A stretch of DNA of 64,000 nt, from the IMG/VR virus record IMGVR_UViG_3300008954_000001; one strand, written 5' to 3'. Source of the DNA: a virus. Lineage: Duplodnaviria > Caudoviricetes. The translations under genes and the position numbers were made by a program. Below, piece by piece: positions 47,933 through 57,891 of this stretch (positions within the stretch are counted from its first letter, which is position 1; every line of letters begins with the position of its first letter). The notes beneath the pieces are model-generated. The model did not search any database and was not told the DNA's origin. It saw only the letters and a program-made list of their open reading frames with translations.

Positions 47933-49081
47933 ATGTCAATACTCGATCTCTTCGGGGAGCAAACTAAAAAGGAGCCTGTTGTCTCTCATGTTCAGGTAGA
48001 CGAGTTTACGAAACACGCCTCTGCCGCTTTTGACTATGAGTTCGATGGCACCATTTCTTTTGAGCCTTGGGCGGTGCCTCAGGATTTGCCAGAAACCTTT
48101 ACGATTGGTGCTGTTGTAGGCCCAAGCGGAACAGGTAAGTCCTTATTTCTGAACAACTTTGGAAAGCCTGTGCAGCACACATGGGATCGGGATCGAGCGA
48201 TTGTGTCTCATTTCAAGACCCCAGAAGAGGCTCTACAACGTCTTTCCGCTGTGGGTCTAAACTCAATCCCCTCTTGGATGAAGCCGTACCATGTGCTCTC
48301 CGTAGGGGAGTCTTTTCGGGCAGATTTGGCTCGGAGTATGGGGGACGGTGCGGTCTTCGATGAGTTTACTTCGGTCGTTGACCGAGAAACGGCGAAAAGC
48401 TGTTCCAGATCCCTCAAACGGATCGCAACGAATAAAGGGTGGACGAATATCATAGTGGCAACATGCCACGAAGATATACTTCCTTGGCTTCAACCAGATT
48501 GGGTGTTTAACACGGTGGATGGTTCCCTCACCGTGGGGAGGTGGCTTCATCGACCGACCATCAAACTGGACGTCCACCGATGTCGCCATGATGTATGGCC
48601 CCTTTTTGCGTCGGCTCACTATCTGACGGCAGAAATCAGCAAATCCTCACATTGCTACGTGGGGCTGTGGGAGAACGCTCCTGTGGTTTTCGGCTCGGTG
48701 CTATGTTTCCCCCACGCAGTCGTGAAAGGCGGCTGGAGAGAGCACAGGACGGTCGTGCTGCCCCAATATCAGGGCATGGGTATCGGCCCCCGCTTTTCAG
48801 AGATGCTTGGGGAGATTTACCTTGAAAGGGGAGGCCGCTTCTTTAGTCGCACAGCCCACCCTCGCCTTGGTCAGTACCGAGAAGCCTCCCCCAAATGGAA
48901 AGCTACCGCCCACAGCTATCAGCTACGGACAGACCAGAAAGACCGACCTGAAGAGGAGTTCTTCCACAACTGGAAGCACGACACGAACCGTGTCTGTTGG
49001 GCGCACGAATATCTGGGATCTATAGAAAGTTCCGAGGGCCAAGAACACCTCGACCCACATGCGGTCCAAAAGCCGACCTGA
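47933..49081 (+). CDS. ABC-type ATPase fused to a GNAT acetyltransferase (COG2401-like)
   Basis: Walker A GPSGTGKS, signature LSVGE, Walker B AVFDEFTS, H-loop TCH; C-terminal RTVVLPQYQGMGIG acetyl-CoA motif; ATG 47933 with AAAGGA RBS. Confidence 0.85.
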   Translation: MSILDLFGEQTKKEPVVSHVQVDEFTKHASAAFDYEFDGTISFEPWAVPQDLPETFTIGAVVGPSGTGKSLFLNNFGKPVQHTWDRDRAIVSHFKTPEEALQRLSAVGLNSIPSWMKPYHVLSVGESFRADLARSMGDGAVFDEFTSVVDRETAKSCSRSLKRIATNKGWTNIIVATCHEDILPWLQPDWVFNTVDGSLTVGRWLHRPTIKLDVHRCRHDVWPLFASAHYLTAEISKSSHCYVGLWENAPVVFGSVLCFPHAVVKGGWREHRTVVLPQYQGMGIGPRFSEMLGEIYLERGGRFFSRTAHPRLGQYREASPKWKATAHSYQLRTDQKDRPEEEFFHNWKHDTNRVCWAHEYLGSIESSEGQEHLDPHAVQKPT

Positions 49082-49913
49082 TACCAACACCGTACTTTGG
49101 TTGGCGTAAACCCCGCATAATCTTGACGGTCATCATCTTGGCTTCCGTTGCTTTATCGAACTGCATGTCCGAAGAGGACTTCATACTTTCGTACTTGCTG
49201 GATTTTTCCAAGGTTAAACTTACACCCCCGATGGAGTAATCAAACTCATCGGCGGTCCAGTTCGCCATCAATGCGAAGCAGGCGTGGGAAATAGCTCCCC
49301 ATAGGACGCAAGTTCGCCAAACGGGTTTACTGCCTACCAGCTTTGTCAGGTTGTTGAGTTCTTCTGTTTCAGGCGGGAACATATTCCACCAATCCAACGC
49401 CCGTTCCAAATACTCAAATAGCTCGGCATCTTCCCAAATCTGACCAAACACTCGGTTGTAGGTGCCGATAGCCCCTTCATGTTCGGGCGGCCTGAAATGA
49501 TAGAACTTATCGGGGTTTTGATCCCTCAAAAGCAATCGGAGCTTATCGATCATGGATTGCTCCTGATCTGTATAAGTGTTCGCTATTAGAGCCGACGACT
49601 CCACCACAGCGAAGCGCATAACGACCTGTTGGATGGGACTTCCCGCAAACTCCCGAAAAGACCAGCGGATTCGATATTCTCCTGGCTCTGCGCTCGGTGG
49701 GATCAAGAGAGCCGCATAGTATTCCCCGACTGCGGGGTTCACGGGAGTTCTCGCAGCGTCTCCGATCAAGACCTCTTCATCGGTATCGGGGTCGTAGAAA
49801 TAAATGGCGAAGGAAATCGAGGCGGCGTTTGAAACGGCCCCGCTATTGTTTGTCAGAAAGATATCTAAGTCGCCACGGCTCAGTTCTTGTCCTGGTGAAA
49901 ATGCAATAGCCAT
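49020..49913 (-). CDS. Head-tail adaptor (connector) protein with an N-terminal Ig-like domain (297 aa)
   Basis: MIDKLRLLLRD...WEDAELFEYLERAL...FDYSIGGVSLTLEKSSKY helical adaptor pattern. Confidence 0.6.
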   Translation of the reverse strand: MAIAFSPGQELSRGDLDIFLTNNSGAVSNAASISFAIYFYDPDTDEEVLIGDAARTPVNPAVGEYYAALLIPPSAEPGEYRIRWSFREFAGSPIQQVVMRFAVVESSALIANTYTDQEQSMIDKLRLLLRDQNPDKFYHFRPPEHEGAIGTYNRVFGQIWEDAELFEYLERALDWWNMFPPETEELNNLTKLVGSKPVWRTCVLWGAISHACFALMANWTADEFDYSIGGVSLTLEKSSKYESMKSSSDMQFDKATEAKMMTVKIMRGLRQPKYGVGIRSAFGPHVGRGVLGPRNFL

Positions 49914-50425
49914 TACAACTCCATCCGACCATCGGTAGCCAGTATCAATTTTGTCGCACCAACAGCGTAGCCGACTCTCAGCATTACGGACCCCCGCATA
50001 TCGTAAAAGGCACGATCTTGTGTGACCTCACCCGGAATAATGGACAGAAAAACATCTTCGCCCGCCCTCAACTCTACCCCTTCAGTTACCGCAGGGTTCA
50101 TCACTCTTGACCCTCTGGAAGCCGTCACAATGGGTCGGATACCCTCTCCATCGATGATATTGGTTTGGAAGCCGAGAAACGCTTGTGGCATCCCCGTATC
50201 TTGGAACGCCCCACATAAACGGTACTCCTCATCTCCATCTTCGTTCTCAACTACAGCAACCGCCTTACCGGGGCCGAAGATAACGGGTTGCTCGATAGTA
50301 ATGAATTCCCCTGTTTCAGGGTCGATCACTGTCACGGTCTGGTTATCTGGGATCACCACGCCCGTAGCGATCAACACAACAGATGTCCCTGCTGCTTGGG
50401 CAAACGGTGGGCGACCTACGGCCAT
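49913..50425 (-). CDS. Capsid decoration/cement-like protein (~170 aa)
   Basis: ATG 50425 (GGAGGG RBS, TGATG overlap); LRAGEDVFLS...PGEVT...GSVMLRVGYA pattern. Confidence 0.5.
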   Translation of the reverse strand: MAVGRPPFAQAAGTSVVLIATGVVIPDNQTVTVIDPETGEFITIEQPVIFGPGKAVAVVENEDGDEEYRLCGAFQDTGMPQAFLGFQTNIIDGEGIRPIVTASRGSRVMNPAVTEGVELRAGEDVFLSIIPGEVTQDRAFYDMRGSVMLRVGYAVGATKLILATDGRMEL

Positions 50426-50742
50426 CAGATATTCCCCTCCAACCATCGGACAGCGGTGTCGGCCACATAGCAAGCAGCGGCGGATACGAAGCAAGCCACC
50501 ACCACAGTTGGGGCTGCTGTCCAATCCAGCGTAGGAACGCCCTTACACAGCCATAGAAGCCCTAAAGACATCCAACCCGTATGGAAGCCCAAGCAATAGG
50601 CGCAGTTCAACAGGCGGTCGATGAAGGTTTCAGCAATCGCTTCCTCACGGAAGGTCTGGCTATAAAGAAAGGGCAGTTTGTTTGCGAGTCCGAAGCACAA
50701 GCCGTAAGACAGCATAATGAAAAGTACGATATCCATGTTCAC
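50425..50742 (-). CDS. DUF1360-like small membrane protein (105 aa)
   Basis: Hydrophobic helices with the LLNCAYCLGFHTGW (CxxC) motif. Confidence 0.55.
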   Translation of the reverse strand: MNMDIVLFIMLSYGLCFGLANKLPFLYSQTFREEAIAETFIDRLLNCAYCLGFHTGWMSLGLLWLCKGVPTLDWTAAPTVVVACFVSAAACYVADTAVRWLEGNI

Positions 50743-50744
50743 CT

Positions 50745-51047
50745 CTATTTTTTGCCCTTACGGACACGACGGGTTCCCTTACCTGCGGGTTTCGTTGGCA
50801 TAATTCGGCAGCATGAAGTGGCCGCCGCCTTTTGGAAAATCTCTACGGTATCGGGCATCCCGTCTTCGTTACAATCGAAGCCGAGATCAATCTCAACTCG
50901 GTTTAGGGCATCAAGAAGCAGATCCCGTTCCGTGGTCAGTTCTTCAGTTCTTCCACCATTACGATATCGGATCTCTACCGCAAGAAGGCGGCGTACCGCT
51001 TCGCCCAACCCCATACGCATCTGTTTCTCGAATTTATTTGAAGCCAC
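50745..51047 (-). CDS. Hypothetical protein (~100 aa)
   Basis: GTG 51047 with GGAGG RBS; contains DCNEDGMPD (EF-hand-like loop) and a basic tail. Confidence 0.6.
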   Translation of the reverse strand: MASNKFEKQMRMGLGEAVRRLLAVEIRYRNGGRTEELTTERDLLLDALNRVEIDLGFDCNEDGMPDTVEIFQKAAATSCCRIMPTKPAGKGTRRVRKGKK

Positions 51048-51102
51048 TACTAACCTCCCAACGTAACCATGGTGAAGTATAAGGCCCGCACCGAAAGACA
51101 AT

Positions 51103-51137
51103 AAAAAAGCCCCCCTCTCCCGAAGGAAAGGGGGGCT
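51103..51137 (-). terminator. Rho-independent terminator after the 2.2-kaa gene
   Basis: Stem AGCCCCCCT.TCC/GGA.AGGGGGGCT, loop CGAA, T6 tail on the minus strand. Confidence 0.8.
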
Positions 51138-51180
51138 GAAAGAGTTTTGCTTATCTTACAAGTGCAAGCACTTGATTGGA

Positions 51181-54100
51181 TTAGGCATCAAACAAGAACT
51201 GATCGGCAACGATACACTTAAGTTCCATAGCCTTAGTTCCGGTATCAGTCGTAGTCTCAGTTTGACCGTCCAAGAAAAGAGGTGCGCCAGAAGCGTCTCT
51301 CTTTTGCTGTGAAATCATCCGACCAACCAAAACAGCAACACCATCGGTGATTCCCAAGGTGTCATTGTCAGGCAGGACATTAGTCACACGGCCAGCTTCC
51401 ATAGCCGACAAGAACACATGGTCCCCGTCTACCAAGGTCATCCCACTTTCAGCGAGAACCGAGATGCAAGAACGCTTAGGCATCATGTGGATTTTACCCA
51501 ACAAGGATGCTTCATCAAGCGCACCTTCCATGGCCTGACCAGCAAGTTGCCAGTCGTTGACTCGTGCTTTCGCCATCTTACCGGAGTGGTCTACCAATGC
51601 GAGTGCATCGATATTTCCATCCGCTACGAGGTTCAAACAGTTATCAATGAGTTTGCTCTGAGTCAGAGAACCGACCTTGATGTCATCCTCAAAGGAACCT
51701 TCATAGGTGAACCGACCTGTGATTGGATCATAAGACAGACCACTTGTTGAACCTGCCCCGTCGCTTTGAGCATCATTGACTTCCGCACCAAACAAACCTT
51801 TGATGTTTGCACCAGTAACGCCAGTGAATACCCAAGCACCAGTGGTGGCATCGTAAGACAATCCACCAAAAGACACATCGGCAACTTCCTCAACATAGCC
51901 CTCTTGACCTTCTACACCGGATTCAGCCACGAGTGGTGGCACATCAGCCGCAGTCAGACTTTGCATCGCACGGACATCACCAACATTGAACGACTTCAGT
52001 CGATTGGTCATGGTTTCGCTGCCAACGGTAGCGTCCAGCACCTTCTCAAGCACAGCAACCCGAATAGTGTTGTCTTCAGCCGTTCCAGCGAACACCTGAG
52101 CGACACCTGTGAGGTCACCATTCTCGTCAACCTCACCGCCATCCTTGTGAAGATCCTCTACGAGAATATCCACATGGATTTCAGTAGCCTTGACCCGTGT
52201 AAGGGTATGCGTGTTGACATTCTCAGAGACAGCGAAAGCAAGTGAGCCATAAGTCTTTTCAGACTCAGCAGCATCACCAGCGTCCATCAGTGCTTTCAGT
52301 CCACCCACACCATCCGTCATCTGGAAAGTGTTGGTAGGATCAACCTGAAGCGCAAACTGACCGACACCCAAAGCGAGTTTCTGGAGAACCTCCGCACTCA
52401 CCTCTTCGCCGGTCTCCTCGTCGTAAACCGCTGCCTGATAAGTAACTGCGGATTGACCGTCCACACTACCATACTGAATGGAGTTAGAACCAGAAGCCAA
52501 GGCTTTCAGTCCGTAAGTGCCATCTGTAAGTGGGAAAGTGCTATCAGCATCGATGTAAAGACCGAACTGACCTGCGCTTAGAGCAAGTTTGCCCGGAACC
52601 CCTTCAGACTGAACTACCGCATCCTGATCATCCGCACCCGCATACTGAATGGCGTTACCGCCAGACACATCGCCACGAATCATTCGATTCGTAACACGAG
52701 TCAGAGTGATCACACCCTCACTGAACGCAAGACCACCATGAGCAGTGTCGCCCTCGGTAGCTACAACAGCATCAGCCGCACTGAAAGTACCCCAAACATC
52801 ATGGTTTGTTGGCAACACAGCCGTAAGAGCACCCGTAGAGGGGGCATAGGCCAAGCTACCAAAATCAGCCGCATCCACTGTATAGCCTTCAGGTGCATCT
52901 GCACTTGAAACACTAAGCGAGTACGAAGCGTATAGACCGTCCACACCAGCAGTCAGTGGAATCTGAGTACCAGACTCCTCCGATGCGGATGTTGGGGGAA
53001 CATACCCATTGTAGCTCTCGTTAGCTGCAACCCCACCAGCACCGTCAGCAAAACCGTCCATGAAGGCCGTATTGCTGGTCATAATATCGTACCCATTCTC
53101 ACTGAGCCATAAGACTCCAGATCCGGGACTTCCCAAACTCAACCACTGAACCCCAGCAGCGTGACCGCTGTCGTAATCAGCTTGTTCTTGTGGGTCGCCC
53201 GATCCTGAGCCAGCACTTACAGCAGCCGCATACGAATCAATCGTAAGACTGAGAGTTTTGACATTATTCGCAATCAATTCATCGATGGCGTTTCCGTCAG
53301 CGACAGTGGCAGTGTGAACACGAGCAGCCGTGAAGTACATGGTTCCCGAAGTAACCGACGCATTTGGATCTTCATCCAAACCCGCAGTGCTATGACGAAC
53401 AGGCGTATTGCTACCTACTGGCAAGTATTCCGAAATACTCGAAATACCACCACGGAAGGTACGAGCTTCAAGATCAAGCAAAGCACCTGCTGTGGTTTCT
53501 GGAGTAGTAATCTGTCCAAATCTCCAGTGACCACCACGAATCGCTGGATCGCCGTTTTCAAGGGCATCCCCCTCAGAGGAATCCAGAGGGTCCATTACCC
53601 AAAGCATTGCTGCATCGTGCAACCCTCGCTCAACACGAAGTCCAGCGAAGAAGGGGTCAATATCAGCCTGTGAGCCGTCAGCTTTTCGTGCCAGGTGAAT
53701 CACATTGTCTTCAAGCGTAGTCACCTCTGTATTTACAGCGGTCTGAGTGCCATTTACGACGAGATCACCCGTTAGGGTCATGTTTCCAGCGACCGCAAGG
53801 CCACCACTCAGATTCAAACCACGAGAGGATGAAATCCTGTTCTGGTCATCAGCCGCATCGGATTGCTCGCTGCCAGCGTCTTGTCCGGCGATTGACACCG
53901 AGCTACTTCCCGCAGGGGGGTTAGCTGGATCAATCGACGTGTCTTCGTTTTCCGAATAGAACATCGAGTTGACAGGTTCGCCTGGATCAGCGGCTTGACC
54001 ATGGCTTACGCCTTGGTCAAATTGCGGATTTCCTTGCCACATATCATACTCAGAAAACTCGCTGCCGAACAACCAAGTCGAGAAATCGGCCTCACCTGAA

Positions 54101-57100
54101 AGCTGAAAGGCTTGTCCAATAGAATAGCCAAGCTCATAGTCGCCTTGTGCTGGCTGTGCGGCCACCATGTACTCAATAGTAAAGGTACGATCTTCTACCG
54201 GAATCGCTGTAAGATCCTCAAAAGGTGCCTCATACTTCCAAGTCGAAGGCCCCTCATTTGTCGTAAGCGTTCCAACAGCGGGGCTGCTTACAGGGTTGAG
54301 GTATCCACCATTAGCTTCTGCGAGGCTGCCCTCAACAACTGTACTGGCAGGTATGGCATCTACACTTACAAGAGCCAACATCGGCACTTCAAGTGCATAA
54401 GTCTCAGACCCTTCAGCGAGGTTGTCCTCGATCCGAACCCGACCCTCATTAATCGTGAGATTACCTGTCAGGTCAGTGACACCTTCAACGGTGAGATCAC
54501 CAGTCAACTCAGTCCGACCAGTCAACTGAAGGAGAGTGTAGGCGTTATCGTTGCCCGTCGCACCCGCTGCCAACACCTGAAAGCTCGCACTCCCCTGTGA
54601 TGGAAGCATGATGCGCTTGTCGGCCTTCAAAGACTCAAGAGTAACAATGTCGCCGTCAGCCTTGATGGACTTCTGCGTCACAATGGAGTGCCACTGGGCA
54701 TCACCAGCGTTTGCTGGTGTACCAAAGGTAGCCAAACCACCGACACCCAAACTACCAGCGAGGTCTAAACCACGGGTAGAAAGCATGTTGTGAACAGCAT
54801 CATCAGCAGGACGAGCACCTTCCATGATTGGATCGAATGCAACGAACTCTTCGCCGCTTAATCCGTTATCAGCTTCCGTAGTTGCGATGCCTTCAGCATC
54901 CGAATAAAGAAGCTCACCACCACCAATGACGTTCCCGCCCTCATCGTATTCTAAGGGCATTGTAGCCTGAACACCGTTGTTTGCTTCCAACACTGGAACA
55001 TAGAAGCCATGGATACCTGTGCCGCCTTCATTCGGACGGATCTTCAAGCTGTGACCAGCTTGGAGAAGCCCGTCTGCATAAACACTACCGAATTCAGCAT
55101 GAACCTGAGCACCGGATGCGCCTACGAACAAACCGCCATCGTGGATGTTCAAATGACCATCTGAATTCCCATGGGAATACATATCAAGGTCGCCCTTGAG
55201 GTACAGGTGGTGATTGTGGCCCTCATTGTCCAGTCGCTTGTCCAACTTGAACAAGAACTCAGAACCGTCCCAAATAGCATCTACACTCTTGGAGACTTGA
55301 AAGTTATCGGCTCGGAAACCGCCGCTGCTGCTTATGGTTTCCCGTGCTTCAATCCAACCAACAACCAACATATCTGCGGCGGCAGTCATGGGCCAAGCGG
55401 TTTCATCAAGAGAGTCAAACTCTCCTAAACGGATTTTCTGAGTCTCACCAGTCCGAACATGGAAGCCAGGAGCTTTCAGTTCCATAGCACTGTCGGCTGC
55501 GACCCTTACAAGGTCACCTTTAACTTGTGCTCCTACGGAGGATTCTACGTTCACACCAATCGAAGATTGGAGGTCGATTTTCTCTGCCTCAACCTTTAGG
55601 TCGCCCGAAAGTCGAGTGTCGCCTTTAAGGTCAAGATAAGAAGCATTGAGCTTGATTTCGCTGGCCTCTAAGTCAACACGATCAATCGTAGCGTAAGTCT
55701 CTTCCAAAATCATGGAAGGATCGACCTGTGCCAAAAGACCGGGATCAAACGTAGCTGATTGAGTCGTAGTAGACCCATCCCCAGAGTAAACGTAGGTCGC
55801 AGTCAGAGGGATCTCCCGATAGGAAGAATCTTCTTCCATCAACCGACGAAGATCCTTATCTGCTTCGTAAATCCAATCATCGCCCTGCGTTGTTACCCAT
55901 CCCACACTGGGATCGTTATCAACCGTAAAGCTCTCAAGAACCATCGTCTGCACACCGATTGGAGCGCCAAGGTCGTATTGGATCGAAGCGGGGAAAGAAT
56001 CCGCCAGTTCGCCTGAAATCTTGACGTATCCATTATCAGCAGTGTTCTCCGCCGTATCCACTCTAAGTTTTCCGTCAGCAACCATGAACTCATTGAGTCG
56101 GGCGTTGTTGGAAATGTGGACAAAGCCAGCGGCCATCGACATTGAACTGAGAATAGTGTCGTCACCATCTCTCAAAGAAATGATTGCGAGCATTTCCTCT
56201 TGGGCCAGCGCATCCGCATGTTTGACGTAAAAGTCGCCATCAACCGAAGTGGTTGGGGCGGCAATCGCAACAGACTTACGAATAGCTTCATTTTCCGCAA
56301 TAATAGCGACACCAGCTACGCCTCTACTAAATTGGTCATCAAAAAGAGTGACCACATCTGCCATCTGGGTCTCTGAATGACCATCGGTGTAAACCATCGT
56401 AATGATAAGCTCACGCTGCCAAGAGGCGGCTTCTCGTAGACCTCGAAGATCCGCTTGGAAGGCTGCCCCATCCTCTACCATAGTAGAGAAAATGATGGTG
56501 CCATCGCCATTGTCAATAAACGCAGCAGATCCCGAATAAGCAACCGCCGGGGCAGATTGCTGAGAATAGCCATCAGGAGAGGTGGCGGGGAACGCTTCTT
56601 GAACATTGACCAAGAGTTGCACATCACCAGGGGTTTCTCCGTCTCCGATTTCGCCAGCCAAGCCAGCACCATCAAGAGTAATCAATCCCATAAGGTTGGT
56701 AAGAGCAACATCCTGTGTGAAAATCGCCTGTGAGTTAGCCAATAAAATCTGACTGCCTGCGCCAGACACATTCAAAGTAATAGCGGAAGACGCTGCACTT
56801 GTATCAAGAGCAATAGAATTAGCCGCACTCTGAATGATTGCGTCAGCACTTAGAGACAACTGCGCCGCAGAAGCGTTGCTTGACTCCAAATTCAACTGAT
56901 CCGCTGTAATAGTTACATTGGTATCGGTGATGGAAGTCGATGCCGCATTTCGGTCATAAGTGAAACGCCCATCGCCTAATGTGAGGCTTTTGGGGTTTGC
57001 GCTTAAGATAGCGTCATCCGCCTCAGATACAGTTTCATCCGTAAAGGAAAAGAATGGAATCCTTTTACCCATCGTGGTTTGGTCTGCACCAATGATGTTC

Positions 57101-57711
57101 AAACTACCCAAAGCGAGAATGTCGCCAAGATGGGGTTTGCAATCAGTAGGCATCCGTGGGTTTGGGGCATCCTGTCCAACCATCTTGCGAGCGAGAACGC
57201 TTACGAAGTTGGTAAGGGCGGGAGCAACAACCTCGACAGTTTCGCCATTGCTATCGAAAGATGGGGTAACGATACCGTTATCCACCGCTGCGAGAGCAGA
57301 ACCGTCGTCAGGCCCTTGATCAAGACCAGCAGTAGGAACAAGAGCAGCCCGAAGTGCTACCTCGGCATCCCCGTCCATGTAAGGTACAGTACCTGCCAAC
57401 GGAAGAGTGTAGCTGTAAACAGCAAAGGTAGCTCCCACGTCGCCGCCCATCATGACGATGCCAGAGGCATCCTGAAGGGAAACGGTGTAATCTACACTCC
57501 GCACAAGGCCGTCCAAATTGAGGAAGTTGTTATCCATAATCGCTTGGGCGGTTTCGTTACCGTCAGCGGTTGCCAGATAGAACTGTGTGATATTTTCGGG
57601 AATGTCCCCGTTGTCCAGAAAATCAACCCCTTCATTATCGATTGTAAAATCAACCTGAAGTTCTTGATTCTCAAGATCAACGGAAATCCCGTTAATGATT
57701 AAAATAGCCAT
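51181..57711 (-). CDS. Large acidic fibre / head-decoration protein (~2176 aa)
   Basis: ATG 57711 (MAILIING) with AAGGAG RBS; fibre-type motifs (GDLVVNGTQTAVNTEVTTLEDNVIHL; repeated G[GS]L[SA][YF]DxxTG); C-terminal cement-like domain. Confidence 0.65.
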   Translation of the reverse strand: MAILIINGISVDLENQELQVDFTIDNEGVDFLDNGDIPENITQFYLATADGNETAQAIMDNNFLNLDGLVRSVDYTVSLQDASGIVMMGGDVGATFAVYSYTLPLAGTVPYMDGDAEVALRAALVPTAGLDQGPDDGSALAAVDNGIVTPSFDSNGETVEVVAPALTNFVSVLARKMVGQDAPNPRMPTDCKPHLGDILALGSLNIIGADQTTMGKRIPFFSFTDETVSEADDAILSANPKSLTLGDGRFTYDRNAASTSITDTNVTITADQLNLESSNASAAQLSLSADAIIQSAANSIALDTSAASSAITLNVSGAGSQILLANSQAIFTQDVALTNLMGLITLDGAGLAGEIGDGETPGDVQLLVNVQEAFPATSPDGYSQQSAPAVAYSGSAAFIDNGDGTIIFSTMVEDGAAFQADLRGLREAASWQRELIITMVYTDGHSETQMADVVTLFDDQFSRGVAGVAIIAENEAIRKSVAIAAPTTSVDGDFYVKHADALAQEEMLAIISLRDGDDTILSSMSMAAGFVHISNNARLNEFMVADGKLRVDTAENTADNGYVKISGELADSFPASIQYDLGAPIGVQTMVLESFTVDNDPSVGWVTTQGDDWIYEADKDLRRLMEEDSSYREIPLTATYVYSGDGSTTTQSATFDPGLLAQVDPSMILEETYATIDRVDLEASEIKLNASYLDLKGDTRLSGDLKVEAEKIDLQSSIGVNVESSVGAQVKGDLVRVAADSAMELKAPGFHVRTGETQKIRLGEFDSLDETAWPMTAAADMLVVGWIEARETISSSGGFRADNFQVSKSVDAIWDGSEFLFKLDKRLDNEGHNHHLYLKGDLDMYSHGNSDGHLNIHDGGLFVGASGAQVHAEFGSVYADGLLQAGHSLKIRPNEGGTGIHGFYVPVLEANNGVQATMPLEYDEGGNVIGGGELLYSDAEGIATTEADNGLSGEEFVAFDPIMEGARPADDAVHNMLSTRGLDLAGSLGVGGLATFGTPANAGDAQWHSIVTQKSIKADGDIVTLESLKADKRIMLPSQGSASFQVLAAGATGNDNAYTLLQLTGRTELTGDLTVEGVTDLTGNLTINEGRVRIEDNLAEGSETYALEVPMLALVSVDAIPASTVVEGSLAEANGGYLNPVSSPAVGTLTTNEGPSTWKYEAPFEDLTAIPVEDRTFTIEYMVAAQPAQGDYELGYSIGQAFQLSGEADFSTWLFGSEFSEYDMWQGNPQFDQGVSHGQAADPGEPVNSMFYSENEDTSIDPANPPAGSSSVSIAGQDAGSEQSDAADDQNRISSSRGLNLSGGLAVAGNMTLTGDLVVNGTQTAVNTEVTTLEDNVIHLARKADGSQADIDPFFAGLRVERGLHDAAMLWVMDPLDSSEGDALENGDPAIRGGHWRFGQITTPETTAGALLDLEARTFRGGISSISEYLPVGSNTPVRHSTAGLDEDPNASVTSGTMYFTAARVHTATVADGNAIDELIANNVKTLSLTIDSYAAAVSAGSGSGDPQEQADYDSGHAAGVQWLSLGSPGSGVLWLSENGYDIMTSNTAFMDGFADGAGGVAANESYNGYVPPTSASEESGTQIPLTAGVDGLYASYSLSVSSADAPEGYTVDAADFGSLAYAPSTGALTAVLPTNHDVWGTFSAADAVVATEGDTAHGGLAFSEGVITLTRVTNRMIRGDVSGGNAIQYAGADDQDAVVQSEGVPGKLALSAGQFGLYIDADSTFPLTDGTYGLKALASGSNSIQYGSVDGQSAVTYQAAVYDEETGEEVSAEVLQKLALGVGQFALQVDPTNTFQMTDGVGGLKALMDAGDAAESEKTYGSLAFAVSENVNTHTLTRVKATEIHVDILVEDLHKDGGEVDENGDLTGVAQVFAGTAEDNTIRVAVLEKVLDATVGSETMTNRLKSFNVGDVRAMQSLTAADVPPLVAESGVEGQEGYVEEVADVSFGGLSYDATTGAWVFTGVTGANIKGLFGAEVNDAQSDGAGSTSGLSYDPITGRFTYEGSFEDDIKVGSLTQSKLIDNCLNLVADGNIDALALVDHSGKMAKARVNDWQLAGQAMEGALDEASLLGKIHMMPKRSCISVLAESGMTLVDGDHVFLSAMEAGRVTNVLPDNDTLGITDGVAVLVGRMISQQKRDASGAPLFLDGQTETTTDTGTKAMELKCIVADQFLFDA

Positions 57712-57891
57712 AATTAATGACTCCTTTTTGAGTAAGAATTGTGAGGCATAGGTTTCGCACCGTGCGAACCTACGCATGTTTGTTTTCGTGTGTTGTCTGT
57801 TCCTTAAGATCGAGGTTTAGAGATCGGAAGCCGTAGCTTCGTGTCTCTGCAACTCACCATCTGTCTATTTCAGACCCAGAACACGACTTAG

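Noticed and set aside
32963-57711. Halophilic host inferred from very acidic structural proteins
   Set aside because: The enzymes (helicase, Def, SNase, ATPase-GNAT) are not acid-shifted, so acidity is limited to virion surface proteins.
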